NCBI GenBank assembly: GCA_016873225.1
Contig: VGXS01000018.1
Location: 11,995-75,994, forward strand
Source of the DNA: Planctomycetota bacterium
Lineage (GTDB): Bacteria; Planctomycetota; Planctomycetia; Gemmatales; Gemmataceae
Direction of reading: 5' to 3'
Length of the DNA stretch: 64,000 bases
In this document: piece by piece, positions 9,311-18,484 of the stretch
Layout of the letters: the number at the start of each line of letters is the position of its first letter
How positions within the stretch are numbered: the stretch's first letter is position 1
Made by a program: the position numbers and the translations under genes
The notes under the pieces: model-generated
The model's database searches: none
Seen by the model: the letters and a program-made list of their open reading frames with translations, nothing else
Told to the model about the DNA's origin: nothing

Positions 9311-9475
9311 TCATTTCTGCAGGATCAGCTTGTTCCTGCCAGTGATTCGCAGCATGTAAACCTGCCCGTCGTGCCTGATGAGAATGGTTCTCGCGCCTTG
9401 GAAAAGGTCGGCTGAATCCAAGGCTTTGGGCGGATTCTGTTTGCCGGCGTCGTGGTGTTCGGTGGATTCCGTCAT
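9311..9475 (-). CDS. hemP: HemP-like hemin uptake small protein (54 aa)
   Basis: Below the 60-aa cut-off of the ORF track. Manual translation gives MTESTEHHDAGKQNPPKALDSADLFQGARTILIRHDGQVYMLRITGRNKLILQK. The C-terminal half matches the HemP family signature as I recall it (..L..G.REI.I.H.G..Y.LR.T..GKLILTK). Confidence 0.7.
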   Translation of the reverse strand: MTESTEHHDAGKQNPPKALDSADLFQGARTILIRHDGQVYMLRITGRNKLILQK

Positions 9476-9505
9476 GAGGGTGCACCGGAAAACGGCAAAA
9501 GAGCC

Positions 9506-9533
9506 TTGGCAAGGGAAATAGTACTGGTATGAT
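9506..9533 (+). promoter_or_regulatory. candidate sigma-70-like promoter for the first DUF1559 gene
   Basis: TTGGCA (9506-9511), 16-nt spacer, TATGAT (9528-9533), in an AT-rich divergent region. Planctomycete promoter rules are poorly known. Confidence 0.25.
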
Positions 9534-9672
9534 GCTCTATGTCAAGAGAGTGAGACTCAGTCTCAATAAGCTCTTGGCAGGCCGCTCAGCACCCGCCGTG
9601 GCGATGCCACTTCCGCAAGCGACGCGCCTCCAACACCCGACATCCGCTTTCAGGTTTCAGGAGGCTGATTCC

Positions 9673-10662
9673 ATGACCGGCGCGCATCGCCAAACCCGCG
9701 GGGCCTTCACGCTCATCGAACTTCTCGTGGTGATTGCCATCATCGCCATCCTCATCGGACTCCTCGTTCCCGCCGTGCAGAAGGTGCGCGCGGCGGCGGC
9801 GCGGGCCCAAAGCCTCAACAATCTCAAGCAAATGGGCTTGGCACTGCACGGGTATCACGACTCCCACCAAGCCTTACCGCCCGGGATCTCCTCGAATGTC
9901 TCCCCGGGCTGGACTTACAATCCAGCACACCCGCTCGGCACCAATCAGGCCGCATCCGAAAGCGGCCCCGGTTGGAGCCTTTTCGCCCACTTGCTGCCCT
10001 ATCTCGAGCAACACGGCGTTTACAGCAGAATCCGTTTCGACCTCCCCATTTCTCACCCGCTCAACCAAGTGGCCCGCGAGTCGCAGGTCAAGACATTCGT
10101 CGACCCCGGCGACACCGAGCCGAAACTGATCGGAATCACCGACAGCGGCGATCCCCCAAACGCCGTCAACGCTCCAACAATGATTACGCGGGCGGCTGTA
10201 TGCAGCTACGCCGGTTGCCTGGGCACCCTGGCCTACGAGGAGCAACCATTCACAGGGGTCTTCCATCGCAACAGCAAGATCAGGATAACCGACATAACAG
10301 ACGGCACAAGCATGACTATCGGCATCGGCGAACGCATGAGCCGCCACACCGAAAGCTCCTGGGTGGGTCTGGTCCCGGGCGCGGAGCTAGTCTACGCCCC
10401 CACGGCCGCCCGCTATAACCCGTCCCAACCCAGCTTTCAGTTCCGCCCAGCGATCACCGCGATTCTGGTTCATGTGCGCTCGAGCGCCCCGAGCGACCAA
10501 GGCAGCCCGGGTGGGTTCATCGGCCCCCACGCGGCTGGAACCCAGTTCCTGAACATGGACGGTTCGTGCAGGATCATCTCCGCGAACGCGTCACCAAGCG
10601 TGTTCAGGGCGCTTTGCACCCGCTCGGGCGGCGAGATCCTTCCCGAGGGTCAGGGTTATTGA
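9673..10662 (+). CDS. DUF1559 protein with prepilin-type N-terminal cleavage/methylation domain
   Basis: [57 protein letters not shown] 9673 is preceded by AGGAGG (9658-9663). The track ORF starts upstream at 9529. Confidence 0.85.
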   Translation: MTGAHRQTRGAFTLIELLVVIAIIAILIGLLVPAVQKVRAAAARAQSLNNLKQMGLALHGYHDSHQALPPGISSNVSPGWTYNPAHPLGTNQAASESGPGWSLFAHLLPYLEQHGVYSRIRFDLPISHPLNQVARESQVKTFVDPGDTEPKLIGITDSGDPPNAVNAPTMITRAAVCSYAGCLGTLAYEEQPFTGVFHRNSKIRITDITDGTSMTIGIGERMSRHTESSWVGLVPGAELVYAPTAARYNPSQPSFQFRPAITAILVHVRSSAPSDQGSPGGFIGPHAAGTQFLNMDGSCRIISANASPSVFRALCTRSGGEILPEGQGY

Positions 10663-10773
10663 TCATGGGTGCCTGTATGTCGCCATGTGGAGTCGCTTCC
10701 CGTTTCGTCAGGATCGCAAGCGGTTATGAACAAGGGAACTGGTGAATCTGCCCAGGTCCAATGCCTTGACGCC

Positions 10774-11799
10774 ATGACCGGTCCATATCTCCACAAGATA
10801 GGTTCGGTGTCGGCATGCCATGATCTTTTACCAACCAGACGCGGATTCACACTCATCGAACTTCTCGTGGTGATCGCCATCATCGCCATCCTCATCGGAC
10901 TCCTCGTTCCCGCCGTGCAGAAGGTGCGCGCGGCGGCATCTCGAGCCCAGTGCCTCAATAATCTCAAGCAGATCGGCCTGGCCTGCCACAACCACCACGA
11001 TTCCATCGGATCCCTGCCTCCCTTGGGCCAGTACGGCGCGACTCCCTCATTTTCCTGGAGCGCCCATGCCCGCTTGCTGCCTTATCTAGAACAGGAGAAC
11101 CTGCAAAAACTCATCAATTGGTCACTGCCTTATTCATCCCAGCCAACCGTGACCGCCACCCGCGTCGCCACCTTCATCTGCCCTTCCGACGTGAACGACC
11201 GCCAAAGGCCGGATGGCGCCATCTTCCACTACCCGGTCTGTTACGGATTCAATGCCGGTGAATGGCTTGTCTGGAACCCGTCCACCAACCAGACGGGTAG
11301 CGGTGCCTTCACCCTCCAAAGGGGCCAGAGGCTTTCTGATTTCACGGATGGCACCTCCACCACCATAGCTGCCGCGGATGTCAAGGCGTTCCAGCCTTAC
11401 AACCGCGACGGCCTGAATCCTTCATCGGCGAGTGCCTCCGTCCCTCAAAACCCTTCAGCAATCGCTAATTTTCCGGGCAATCTCAAGGTCGATTCAGGCC
11501 ATACCGAATGGGTGGACGGGCGTGTCCACCAAACAGGGTTCACGACTCTGTGGACCCCCAACACGCGATGCGAATTCACCAGTGCTGGACAAACTCTCGA
11601 CATCGATTTCAATTCAAGCCGGGAAGGGACCGGCGCCAATCCGACCTATGCTTCGGTCACCTCCCGCAGCTATCACTCCGGCGGCGTGAATGTCATGTTC
11701 ATGGATGGCTCCACCCGATTCATCAGCAACGGCATCGACTTGGCCACCTGGAGGGCCCTGGGAACCCGTGTCGGTGGAGAGGCTGTCAGCGCCCCCTGA
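10774..11799 (+). CDS. DUF1559 protein with prepilin-type N-terminal cleavage/methylation domain (tandem paralog)
   Basis: [54 protein letters not shown], and a C-terminal [20 protein letters not shown] (H-X9-DG-like) motif. Start is uncertain: ATG 10774, 10726 or 10669. Confidence 0.85.
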   Translation: MTGPYLHKIGSVSACHDLLPTRRGFTLIELLVVIAIIAILIGLLVPAVQKVRAAASRAQCLNNLKQIGLACHNHHDSIGSLPPLGQYGATPSFSWSAHARLLPYLEQENLQKLINWSLPYSSQPTVTATRVATFICPSDVNDRQRPDGAIFHYPVCYGFNAGEWLVWNPSTNQTGSGAFTLQRGQRLSDFTDGTSTTIAAADVKAFQPYNRDGLNPSSASASVPQNPSAIANFPGNLKVDSGHTEWVDGRVHQTGFTTLWTPNTRCEFTSAGQTLDIDFNSSREGTGANPTYASVTSRSYHSGGVNVMFMDGSTRFISNGIDLATWRALGTRVGGEAVSAP

Positions 11800-11915
11800 T
11801 TCCTGAGCCTCGTTGTTGCTTCAGGTTCACACCGGTTTATATACTTGGTTAGCTGATTGTTTGCCGCCGCACCGCACCCCGGGTGGCAGCCTTTCCTGCC
11901 AAGGACGACCCGACC

Positions 11916-14900
11916 ATGCGCTCCCTTCCCGCCATCGCGGCGCTGTTCACTGCCGCCATCCCGGCATTGGCTGAAACCCGGCTCGAGTACAATCGCGACA
12001 TCCGGCCGATCCTCGCGGAAAACTGCTTCGCCTGCCACGGCCCCGACAGCGCCGCGCGCAAGGCCGACCTGCGCCTCGACCGCCGCGAGGACGCCATCGC
12101 CGCGGGCGCCATCGTGCCGGGCAAGCCCGCCGAAAGCCCGCTGGTGGAAAGGCTTGACCTCGAAGACCCGGTCAAGCGGATGCCGCCGGAGCGGAGCCAC
12201 AAGAGGCTGAAACCGCGGCAGAAGGAGATGCTCAAGGCCTGGGTGGCCCAAGGAGCCGGGTATCAGCCGCATTGGTCGTTCATCACCCCCAAGCGCCCGC
12301 CATTTCCGATGGTGAAAAACGCCGGCTGGGTGAGGAACCCGATCGACAGGTTCATCCTCGCCGGGATCGAGTCGGCGGGTTTCGAGCCCGCGGCGGAAGC
12401 CGACCGCCGCTCCCTCGCCCGCCGCGCCGCCCTCGATGCGACCGGATTGCCCGCCGACCCCGCCCTTGTCGACGAATTCGTCGCCGACAAGGCGCCGGAC
12501 GCCTACGAGAAATACCTCGACAAGCTGTTCGCCAGCCCGGCCTGGGGGGAGCACCGCGCCCGCCATTGGCTCGACGCGGCGCGCTATGCCGACACCCACG
12601 GCATCCACTTCGACAACTTCCGCGAGATGTGGTCGTACCGGGACTGGGTGATCTCGGCGTTCAACCGCAACATGCCTTTCGACCAATTCACGATCGAACA
12701 ACTCGCCGGCGACCTGCTTCCCGTGGCCACGCTCGACCAGCGCGTGGCCACGGGCTTCAACCGCTGCAACATCACCACGAACGAGGGCGGCGCGATTTCG
12801 GAGGAATACCTGGTCCTGTACACCCGCGACCGCACCGAGACGGCCAGCCAGGTGTTCATGGGCCTGACCGCCGGCTGCGCCGTCTGCCACGACCACAAGT
12901 TCGACCCCCTGAGCATGCGCGACTTCTACGCGATGGCGGCCTTCTTCAACAACACCACGCAGAGTGCCATGGATGGCAACATCCCCAACACGCCCCCGGT
13001 GATTCCGGTGCCCGCCCGAGGCGACGAGGCCAGGATCGCCAAACTGCAGGAATCGATCACCTTGGCCAGAAAGGCGCTTGATGAACGCCGCGACCTCGCC
13101 CGCAAGGAGTTCGAGGCATGGCAGGCCAAGGCGGCTCCCCGAAGCACCGGATCGGTTTCGGCGGATGGCCTGGTTCTCTCGGCGTCGCTCACCGAGGGCG
13201 CCGGAGCCAAGGCCAAGTTCCTTGTCCTGGGAAAGGAGAGGCAGGTCGAGCTTGCCAATCCGTCGTGGGTGCCCGGACGCGACACGGGCAAGGCCCTGCG
13301 CCTCAACGGATCGGCGGCGGTGATTCCCGATGCGGGAGACTTCGACGCCAGCCAGGCGTTCACCCTCTCGGCATGGCTGAAACCTCCCGTGAACGCCGTG
13401 TCCGGACCGGTGGTCGCCCGCATGGAAGGCCCGCCGGGGCACCGTGGCTGGGACTTCTGGATCCAGGAAGGCCGCGCCGGCATGCACCTGATCCACCGCT
13501 GGCCCGATGCCGGCCTCAAGGTATTCGCGTCATCCCAATTGCAGCCCAACGCGTGGACCCATGTGACGGTGACGCACGACGGCACCGGCAAGGCTTCGGG
13601 AGTGAAGGTGTATTACAACGGCAAGGAACAACCGGTGAGGGTGGAGAACGACCGACTCGCGGGCGCCGGCACCACGAAGACCCCGGTGCCGCTCCGCCTG
13701 GGCGCTCGCGAAGTTGGCGAACCCCTCAGGAACATGCCGATCGAGGACCTGAGGATCTACGCGCGAGCCCTGGCCCCGCACGAGGCCGAGAGCCTGGCCA
13801 ACAGCCTCGAGCAGATCCTGGCCAAGCCGGCCGACAAGCGCGGTGCCGCCGAGAAGGACCAGCTGTTCGCGTGGTACCTCGGCGACCGTGACAAGGAATA
13901 CCAGAAGGGCAAGGAGGCCCTTGCCAGCTTGGAAAAGGAGGAGATCTCCCTGAGGGGCAAGGGGACCATCGCCCATGTGATGCAGGAGAAGCCGGGCGAG
14001 GCGATGGCCTTCATTCTGGAGCGCGGCGAGTACGACCGCCGCAAGGACGCCGTTAAGGCCGCCACTCCCAAGGCCCTGCCGCCCCTTCCCAAGGACGCCC
14101 CGAGCAACAGGCTCGGCTTCGCGAAATGGCTCCTCACCGGGGAGCACCCGCTCACCACGCGGGTCACCGTGAACCGCTTCTGGCAGGAGGTGTTCGGCAA
14201 CGGCATCGTGCGCACCGCGGGCGACTTCGGCGTCACGGGCGAGCAGCCCAGCCATCCCGACCTGCTCGACTGGCTTGCCGTGGAGTTCCGCGAGCAACAA
14301 TGGGATGTCAAGAAGTTGTTCAAGCTCATGCTGACCAGCGCGACCTACAGGCAATCGGCGATGGCGACTCCCGACAAGGCGCGGCGCGACCCCGACAACA
14401 GGCTCCTGGCCCGCGGGCCCCGCTTCCGACTCGACGCTGAAATGATCCGCGACCAGGCCCTGGCCTCAAGCGGACTGCTGGTGCCCAAGGTCGGCGGGCC
14501 GAGCGTGAAGCCCTACCAGCCCGAGGGAGTTTGGGAAGCCGTGGCCATGATCGGCAGCAACACCCGCGATTACCGCGCCGACAAGGGTGAAAGCCTCTAC
14601 CGCCGCAGCATGTACACCTTCTGGAAGCGCAGCGCGCCCCCGGCGAGCATGGAAATCCTCAACGCGCCCAACCGCGAAACCTGCACGATGCGCCGCGAGC
14701 GCACCAACACGCCGCTGCAGGCGCTTGTCACCCTCAACGATCCGCAACTCGTCGAGGCGGCCCGGGTGCTCGCCTCCCGGGTGCTTGCCGACAAGTCGGC
14801 CAGGGACGACACCGCCCGGCTCAATGTCCTGGGCCGACGCGTTCTGTCGCGTGATTTCCGGCCGGCTGAGGCCGCCATCCTGGCCGAGTCGCTCGCCGGG

Positions 14901-15056
14901 CTGAGGCGGCACTACGGGCAGGTTCCCGCCGAGGCGCAAAAACTAGTGGCCGTCGGCGAGGCGCCGGTGGATGCCGCCCTCGACAAGGTTGAACTCGCTT
15001 CCTTCACCATGATGGCGAACCTCGTCCTGAACCTGGACGAGGCACTCAACAAGTAA
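11916..15056 (+). CDS. PSCyt1/DUF1549/LamG/DUF1553 (PSD1-type) planctomycete cytochrome-c-domain protein
   Basis: CFACHGPDSAARKADLRLD (PSCyt1), CAVCHDHKFDP, and a central concanavalin/LamG-like segment (GKALRLNGSAAVIP...WTHVTVTHDG...KVYYNGK). Signal peptide starts at ATG 11916. Confidence 0.9.
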   Translation: MRSLPAIAALFTAAIPALAETRLEYNRDIRPILAENCFACHGPDSAARKADLRLDRREDAIAAGAIVPGKPAESPLVERLDLEDPVKRMPPERSHKRLKPRQKEMLKAWVAQGAGYQPHWSFITPKRPPFPMVKNAGWVRNPIDRFILAGIESAGFEPAAEADRRSLARRAALDATGLPADPALVDEFVADKAPDAYEKYLDKLFASPAWGEHRARHWLDAARYADTHGIHFDNFREMWSYRDWVISAFNRNMPFDQFTIEQLAGDLLPVATLDQRVATGFNRCNITTNEGGAISEEYLVLYTRDRTETASQVFMGLTAGCAVCHDHKFDPLSMRDFYAMAAFFNNTTQSAMDGNIPNTPPVIPVPARGDEARIAKLQESITLARKALDERRDLARKEFEAWQAKAAPRSTGSVSADGLVLSASLTEGAGAKAKFLVLGKERQVELANPSWVPGRDTGKALRLNGSAAVIPDAGDFDASQAFTLSAWLKPPVNAVSGPVVARMEGPPGHRGWDFWIQEGRAGMHLIHRWPDAGLKVFASSQLQPNAWTHVTVTHDGTGKASGVKVYYNGKEQPVRVENDRLAGAGTTKTPVPLRLGAREVGEPLRNMPIEDLRIYARALAPHEAESLANSLEQILAKPADKRGAAEKDQLFAWYLGDRDKEYQKGKEALASLEKEEISLRGKGTIAHVMQEKPGEAMAFILERGEYDRRKDAVKAATPKALPPLPKDAPSNRLGFAKWLLTGEHPLTTRVTVNRFWQEVFGNGIVRTAGDFGVTGEQPSHPDLLDWLAVEFREQQWDVKKLFKLMLTSATYRQSAMATPDKARRDPDNRLLARGPRFRLDAEMIRDQALASSGLLVPKVGGPSVKPYQPEGVWEAVAMIGSNTRDYRADKGESLYRRSMYTFWKRSAPPASMEILNAPNRETCTMRRERTNTPLQALVTLNDPQLVEAARVLASRVLADKSARDDTARLNVLGRRVLSRDFRPAEAAILAESLAGLRRHYGQVPAEAQKLVAVGEAPVDAALDKVELASFTMMANLVLNLDEALNK

Positions 15057-15085
15057 GCCGGCCGCACCATCAAGGGAGATACGAC

Positions 15086-16546
15086 ATGGATCCGATCACC
15101 GAAGCCGGTCTGAACCTCACCCGCCGGCGATTCTTCGCGCAAGGTGCCCATCCGCTCGGCTGGGCCGCCCTGGGCGCCCTCACCGGAAAGGCCGCCATGG
15201 CCGACTCCGGCGTCCCGTCAGGCGTGGCCGAGGACGCGCGTCCCCACTTTGCTCCCAAGTGCAAGAACATCATTTACCTGCACATGGTCGGCGGCCCGCC
15301 GCAAATGGACCTCTACGACCACAAGCCCAAGATGCGGGACTGGTTCGATAAGGACCTGCCCGACAGCATCCGCCGCGGCCAGCGCCTCACCACGATGACA
15401 TCGGGACAAAAGCGGTTCCCTATCGCCCCCAGCAAGTTCAAGTTCAAGCAACATGGCCAGTCCGGCATGTGGGTGAGCGAATTGTTGCCATACACCGCCA
15501 GCATGGTGGATGACATGTGCTTCATCCGCAGCCTCAATACCGAGGCGATCAACCACGAACCCGCCATCACCTACATCCAGACGGGCAACCAGGTCACCGG
15601 CAGGCCCTGCCTCGGCTCATGGGTGAGCTACGGCCTGGGTTCGCTCAACCGCAACCTGCCCACATTTGTCGTCATGGTCGCCAAGCCCACCAACACCGAG
15701 CAGGTGCAGGCCATTTCCGCGCGCCTGTGGCAGTCGGGCTACCTGCCCGGAGAGCATGCGGGGGTTTCATTCCGCGCCTCGGGCGACCCGATCCTCTACC
15801 TCAACAACCCCCCCGGCGTGGATGCGGCCACCCGCAGGGCCTCGCTCGACGGCCTGCGCAAGCTCAACGAATTGACGGCGAGGGAAATCGGGGACCCCGA
15901 GACGGTGACCCGCATCAGCCAGTTCGAAATGGCCTACCGCATGCAGGCCAGCGTGCCGGAACTCACCGACCTGGCCACGGAACCGGAATCCACCTTCAGG
16001 CTCTATGGGGAGGCGGCGCGCAAGCCCGCGTCGTTTGCCAACACCGCCCTGCTCGCCCGCAGGCTGGTGGAGCGGGGGGTGCGGTTCGTGCAGGTCTACC
16101 ACAACAACTGGGACACGCACGCGAATGTCTCGGGCCGCCTGCCCGACCAGTGCCGCGATGTCGACCAGGCCTGCTGGGGACTCATCCAGGACCTCAAGCG
16201 CAAGGGTCTCTTTGAATCCACCATGGTGGTGTGGGGCGGCGAATTCGGCCGCACGATCTACTCGCAAGGGGGTGTCTCGCGGGAGAACTACGGCCGCGAC
16301 CACCATCCCCGCTGCTTCACGCTGTGGATGGCCGGGGGCGGGATCAGGCCAGGCACGGTGCACGGGGAGACCGACGACTTCTCCTACAACATCACCAAGG
16401 ATCCGGTTCATATCCGCGACCTGCACGCGACGATGCTGCAGTGCCTGGGTTACGACCACAGGCGGTTCACCGTCCGCCACCTCGGCCTCGACCAGCGCCT
16501 CACCGGCGTCGAGGAAGCCCGCGTGGTTAAGGAGTTGCTGGCCTGA
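15086..16546 (+). CDS. DUF1501 (sulfatase-fold) protein with twin-arginine signal
   Basis: LTRRRFFAQGA Tat motif; IIYLHMVGGPPQMDLYDHKP; C-terminal GRDHHP. Follows the PSD1-type gene by 30 nt, which is the classic pair. Confidence 0.9.
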   Translation: MDPITEAGLNLTRRRFFAQGAHPLGWAALGALTGKAAMADSGVPSGVAEDARPHFAPKCKNIIYLHMVGGPPQMDLYDHKPKMRDWFDKDLPDSIRRGQRLTTMTSGQKRFPIAPSKFKFKQHGQSGMWVSELLPYTASMVDDMCFIRSLNTEAINHEPAITYIQTGNQVTGRPCLGSWVSYGLGSLNRNLPTFVVMVAKPTNTEQVQAISARLWQSGYLPGEHAGVSFRASGDPILYLNNPPGVDAATRRASLDGLRKLNELTAREIGDPETVTRISQFEMAYRMQASVPELTDLATEPESTFRLYGEAARKPASFANTALLARRLVERGVRFVQVYHNNWDTHANVSGRLPDQCRDVDQACWGLIQDLKRKGLFESTMVVWGGEFGRTIYSQGGVSRENYGRDHHPRCFTLWMAGGGIRPGTVHGETDDFSYNITKDPVHIRDLHATMLQCLGYDHRRFTVRHLGLDQRLTGVEEARVVKELLA

Positions 16547-16628
16547 GGCTAGAGCAGGCTTCAAATGGGTGAGTTGAATTGTTGACGCTGACAGAACAAA
16601 CACAAATGTGCGTTGAGTAAAACCAATG

Positions 16629-16962
16629 GAGCCCCGAACGCTGTCGAAGGCAAAATGAGCGGGTTTGGATCAGGAATCGACCCGCTCATTCCGGCGCTAC
16701 GCGCCTGCGTTCGGGGCTCTTTCGTTTCTGTTATGGCTCATGTATTTGTTCCTTGATCGACTCGCCCCTCACTTCGCTGGGGGCTCCTAAGCGTCGGCAG
16801 CCATTGTCTGGCCGTCATATGGAGATCCGTTCATCGCATAGGAGTGTTGCCCTCGCAGGCGTTCAACAATCTCCTGCCAGTTCAGGGGCCGCTTTATTAA
16901 AAGCTCTTTTTAATATACTCAATAATATTTTTAGTTTTTCCCAGCATTATCAATCGGACTCA
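16629..16962. repeat. mosaic palindromic intergenic repeat, copy 1
   Basis: Contains a perfect nested hairpin: outer 13 bp GAGCCCCGAACGC (16629-16641) pairs with 16707-16719, and inner 10 bp AATGAGCGGG (16654-16663) pairs with 16681-16690. Also contains a 27-nt arm (16766-16792) and flanks homologous to 51163-51352 in inverse orientation. Confidence 0.6.
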
Positions 16963-16979
16963 ACTCCTTCAAGCCAGCC

Positions 16980-18398
16980 TTAAAACAGCTCCTCGATCGG
17001 CCTGCCCTCGTCGGGCAGGATGGGGAAAGGCTGGCCCTGGGCATCCTGATACACCGAGTCGAGGGGCACGCCCAGGTGGCGGTAGATCGTCGCCGCCATG
17101 TCCGCCGGAGTGACCGGACGATTGGCGATGTGCCCGCCGTCGGCCTCGGTCGAGCCGATCACCTGCCCGTGCCTCAGGTCGCCACCGGCCATCAGCAGCG
17201 ACATCACCTCCTGCCAGTGGTTGCGGCCGTCGGTGCTTCCCTGGGTGCCGATCATCGGGGTGCGGCCGAACTCGCCCTGCGCGATCACCAAGGTATCCTC
17301 CAGCAGGCCGCGCTCGGCAAGGTCATCCACGAGGGTTGTCACCAGGTGGTCGAACAGGGGCAGTAGCGGCTTGAGGCCCTTGGAAATGCCCCCATAGGGA
17401 GGAATGTTGTCGCCGTGGGTGTCCCAGGTGCCGCTGGCGGTGTGGTAGCTGAGGTCGAGGGTGACGAACCGGCAGCCGGCCTCGACCAGCCTGCGGGCCA
17501 AAAGCGCCTGCTGGCACCACAGGTGGGGGCCGAACTTGTCGCGCGTGGCCATCGGTTCGGCTTCGAGTTCCATGGCCCGGCGCAGGCGGGGACCGGTGAG
17601 CATGTCGATGGCGGCGCGCTCGTGCCGGTCGAGGCCGTCGAGCCTGCCCTCCCTCTCCAGGGTGTCCCGAAGCCTGTCGAGGCCCTTGCTGAGGCTTGAG
17701 CGTTCGCCAAGCCTCTCGCCCGTGAGTCCGTCGCGCATCGTGAAGAAGTCGCCGGGGGAAACCTTGCCGGTGTCCTGGCCGACATTGGTGAGCACGGGCA
17801 GCCTAGCGGCGCGGTTGGCCAGGAACGGATCGAACCCCGGGCCCAACCGGCCGGCAAAGGCGAGGTGGCTGCGGCCGGTCATGAAGGCGGCGTAGGGGGG
17901 CGCTCCGGGCAGTCGCGGCCCGAGGAACTTGCCAGCGATGGCACCGATGGCCGGGTACTTCACCGTCTCGGGGTTGGTGCGGGCCTCGGCGCGCTTGTTG
18001 CCGGTCTGGAAAACGACATTGGGTTCGTGGTTGCTGCTGCGGGCGTCAACCGACCGCACCACGGTGAAGCGCTTGGAAAGCAGGGCCGCCTGTTTCGGGT
18101 AATGCTCGCAGAACCGGAAGCCGGGAACGGAAGTGGGGATGGTGCCAAAGGGGCCGCGGTTTTCAGCGGGGCGGTCGGGCTTGGGATCCCAGGTGTCGAT
18201 ATGGCTGGGGCCGCCGGCCATCCACAGCAGGATGACCGCCTTGCCCGACCTCGCCTGGCCCCGCGATTCCGCCGCCAGCAAGCCGGGCAGCGAGACACCG
18301 CCGATGCCGGCAACGCCGGCCTTGAGCAGGTTCCGCCGGGAGGGCAGCACAAGGCCTTCGGGTTCCCGGGGGCGCATCCAGCCGAACGCGTGTGCCAT
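16980..18398 (-). CDS. DUF1501 (sulfatase-fold) protein, solo copy
   Basis: SRRNLLKAGVAGIGG Tat-like signal; ILLWMAGGPSHIDTWDPKP; GRNHW. Start is uncertain: ATG 18398, 18377 or 18455. Confidence 0.85.
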   Translation of the reverse strand: MAHAFGWMRPREPEGLVLPSRRNLLKAGVAGIGGVSLPGLLAAESRGQARSGKAVILLWMAGGPSHIDTWDPKPDRPAENRGPFGTIPTSVPGFRFCEHYPKQAALLSKRFTVVRSVDARSSNHEPNVVFQTGNKRAEARTNPETVKYPAIGAIAGKFLGPRLPGAPPYAAFMTGRSHLAFAGRLGPGFDPFLANRAARLPVLTNVGQDTGKVSPGDFFTMRDGLTGERLGERSSLSKGLDRLRDTLEREGRLDGLDRHERAAIDMLTGPRLRRAMELEAEPMATRDKFGPHLWCQQALLARRLVEAGCRFVTLDLSYHTASGTWDTHGDNIPPYGGISKGLKPLLPLFDHLVTTLVDDLAERGLLEDTLVIAQGEFGRTPMIGTQGSTDGRNHWQEVMSLLMAGGDLRHGQVIGSTEADGGHIANRPVTPADMAATIYRHLGVPLDSVYQDAQGQPFPILPDEGRPIEELF

Positions 18399-18484
18399 GG
18401 TGGTGTTCCGGTGTATCATCGGGCCGGGGCATGAGGACGCACGATAGGGCGTCATGCCTTGGATAGCGGGAGGATCGACCCGGC

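Noticed and set aside
9021-9512. 163-aa ORF in the AT-rich island
   Set aside because: It is Arg/Pro-rich with no domain. It overlaps, in another frame, the hemP-like ORF, which has a family-specific C-terminal motif and its own terminator.
11673-13496. 607-aa minus-strand ORF overlapping the PSD1-type gene
   Set aside because: It is an antisense shadow ORF (Gly/Arg/Ala/Val low complexity, no motifs). The + strand product has clear CxxCH, DUF1549 and DUF1553 signatures.
16753-16983. 76-aa ORF inside repeat copy 1 (and 51372..51593 and 51436..52038 near copy 2)
   Set aside because: These ORFs run through palindromic repeat DNA or antisense to the TolC gene. They have no ribosome-binding site or domain support.
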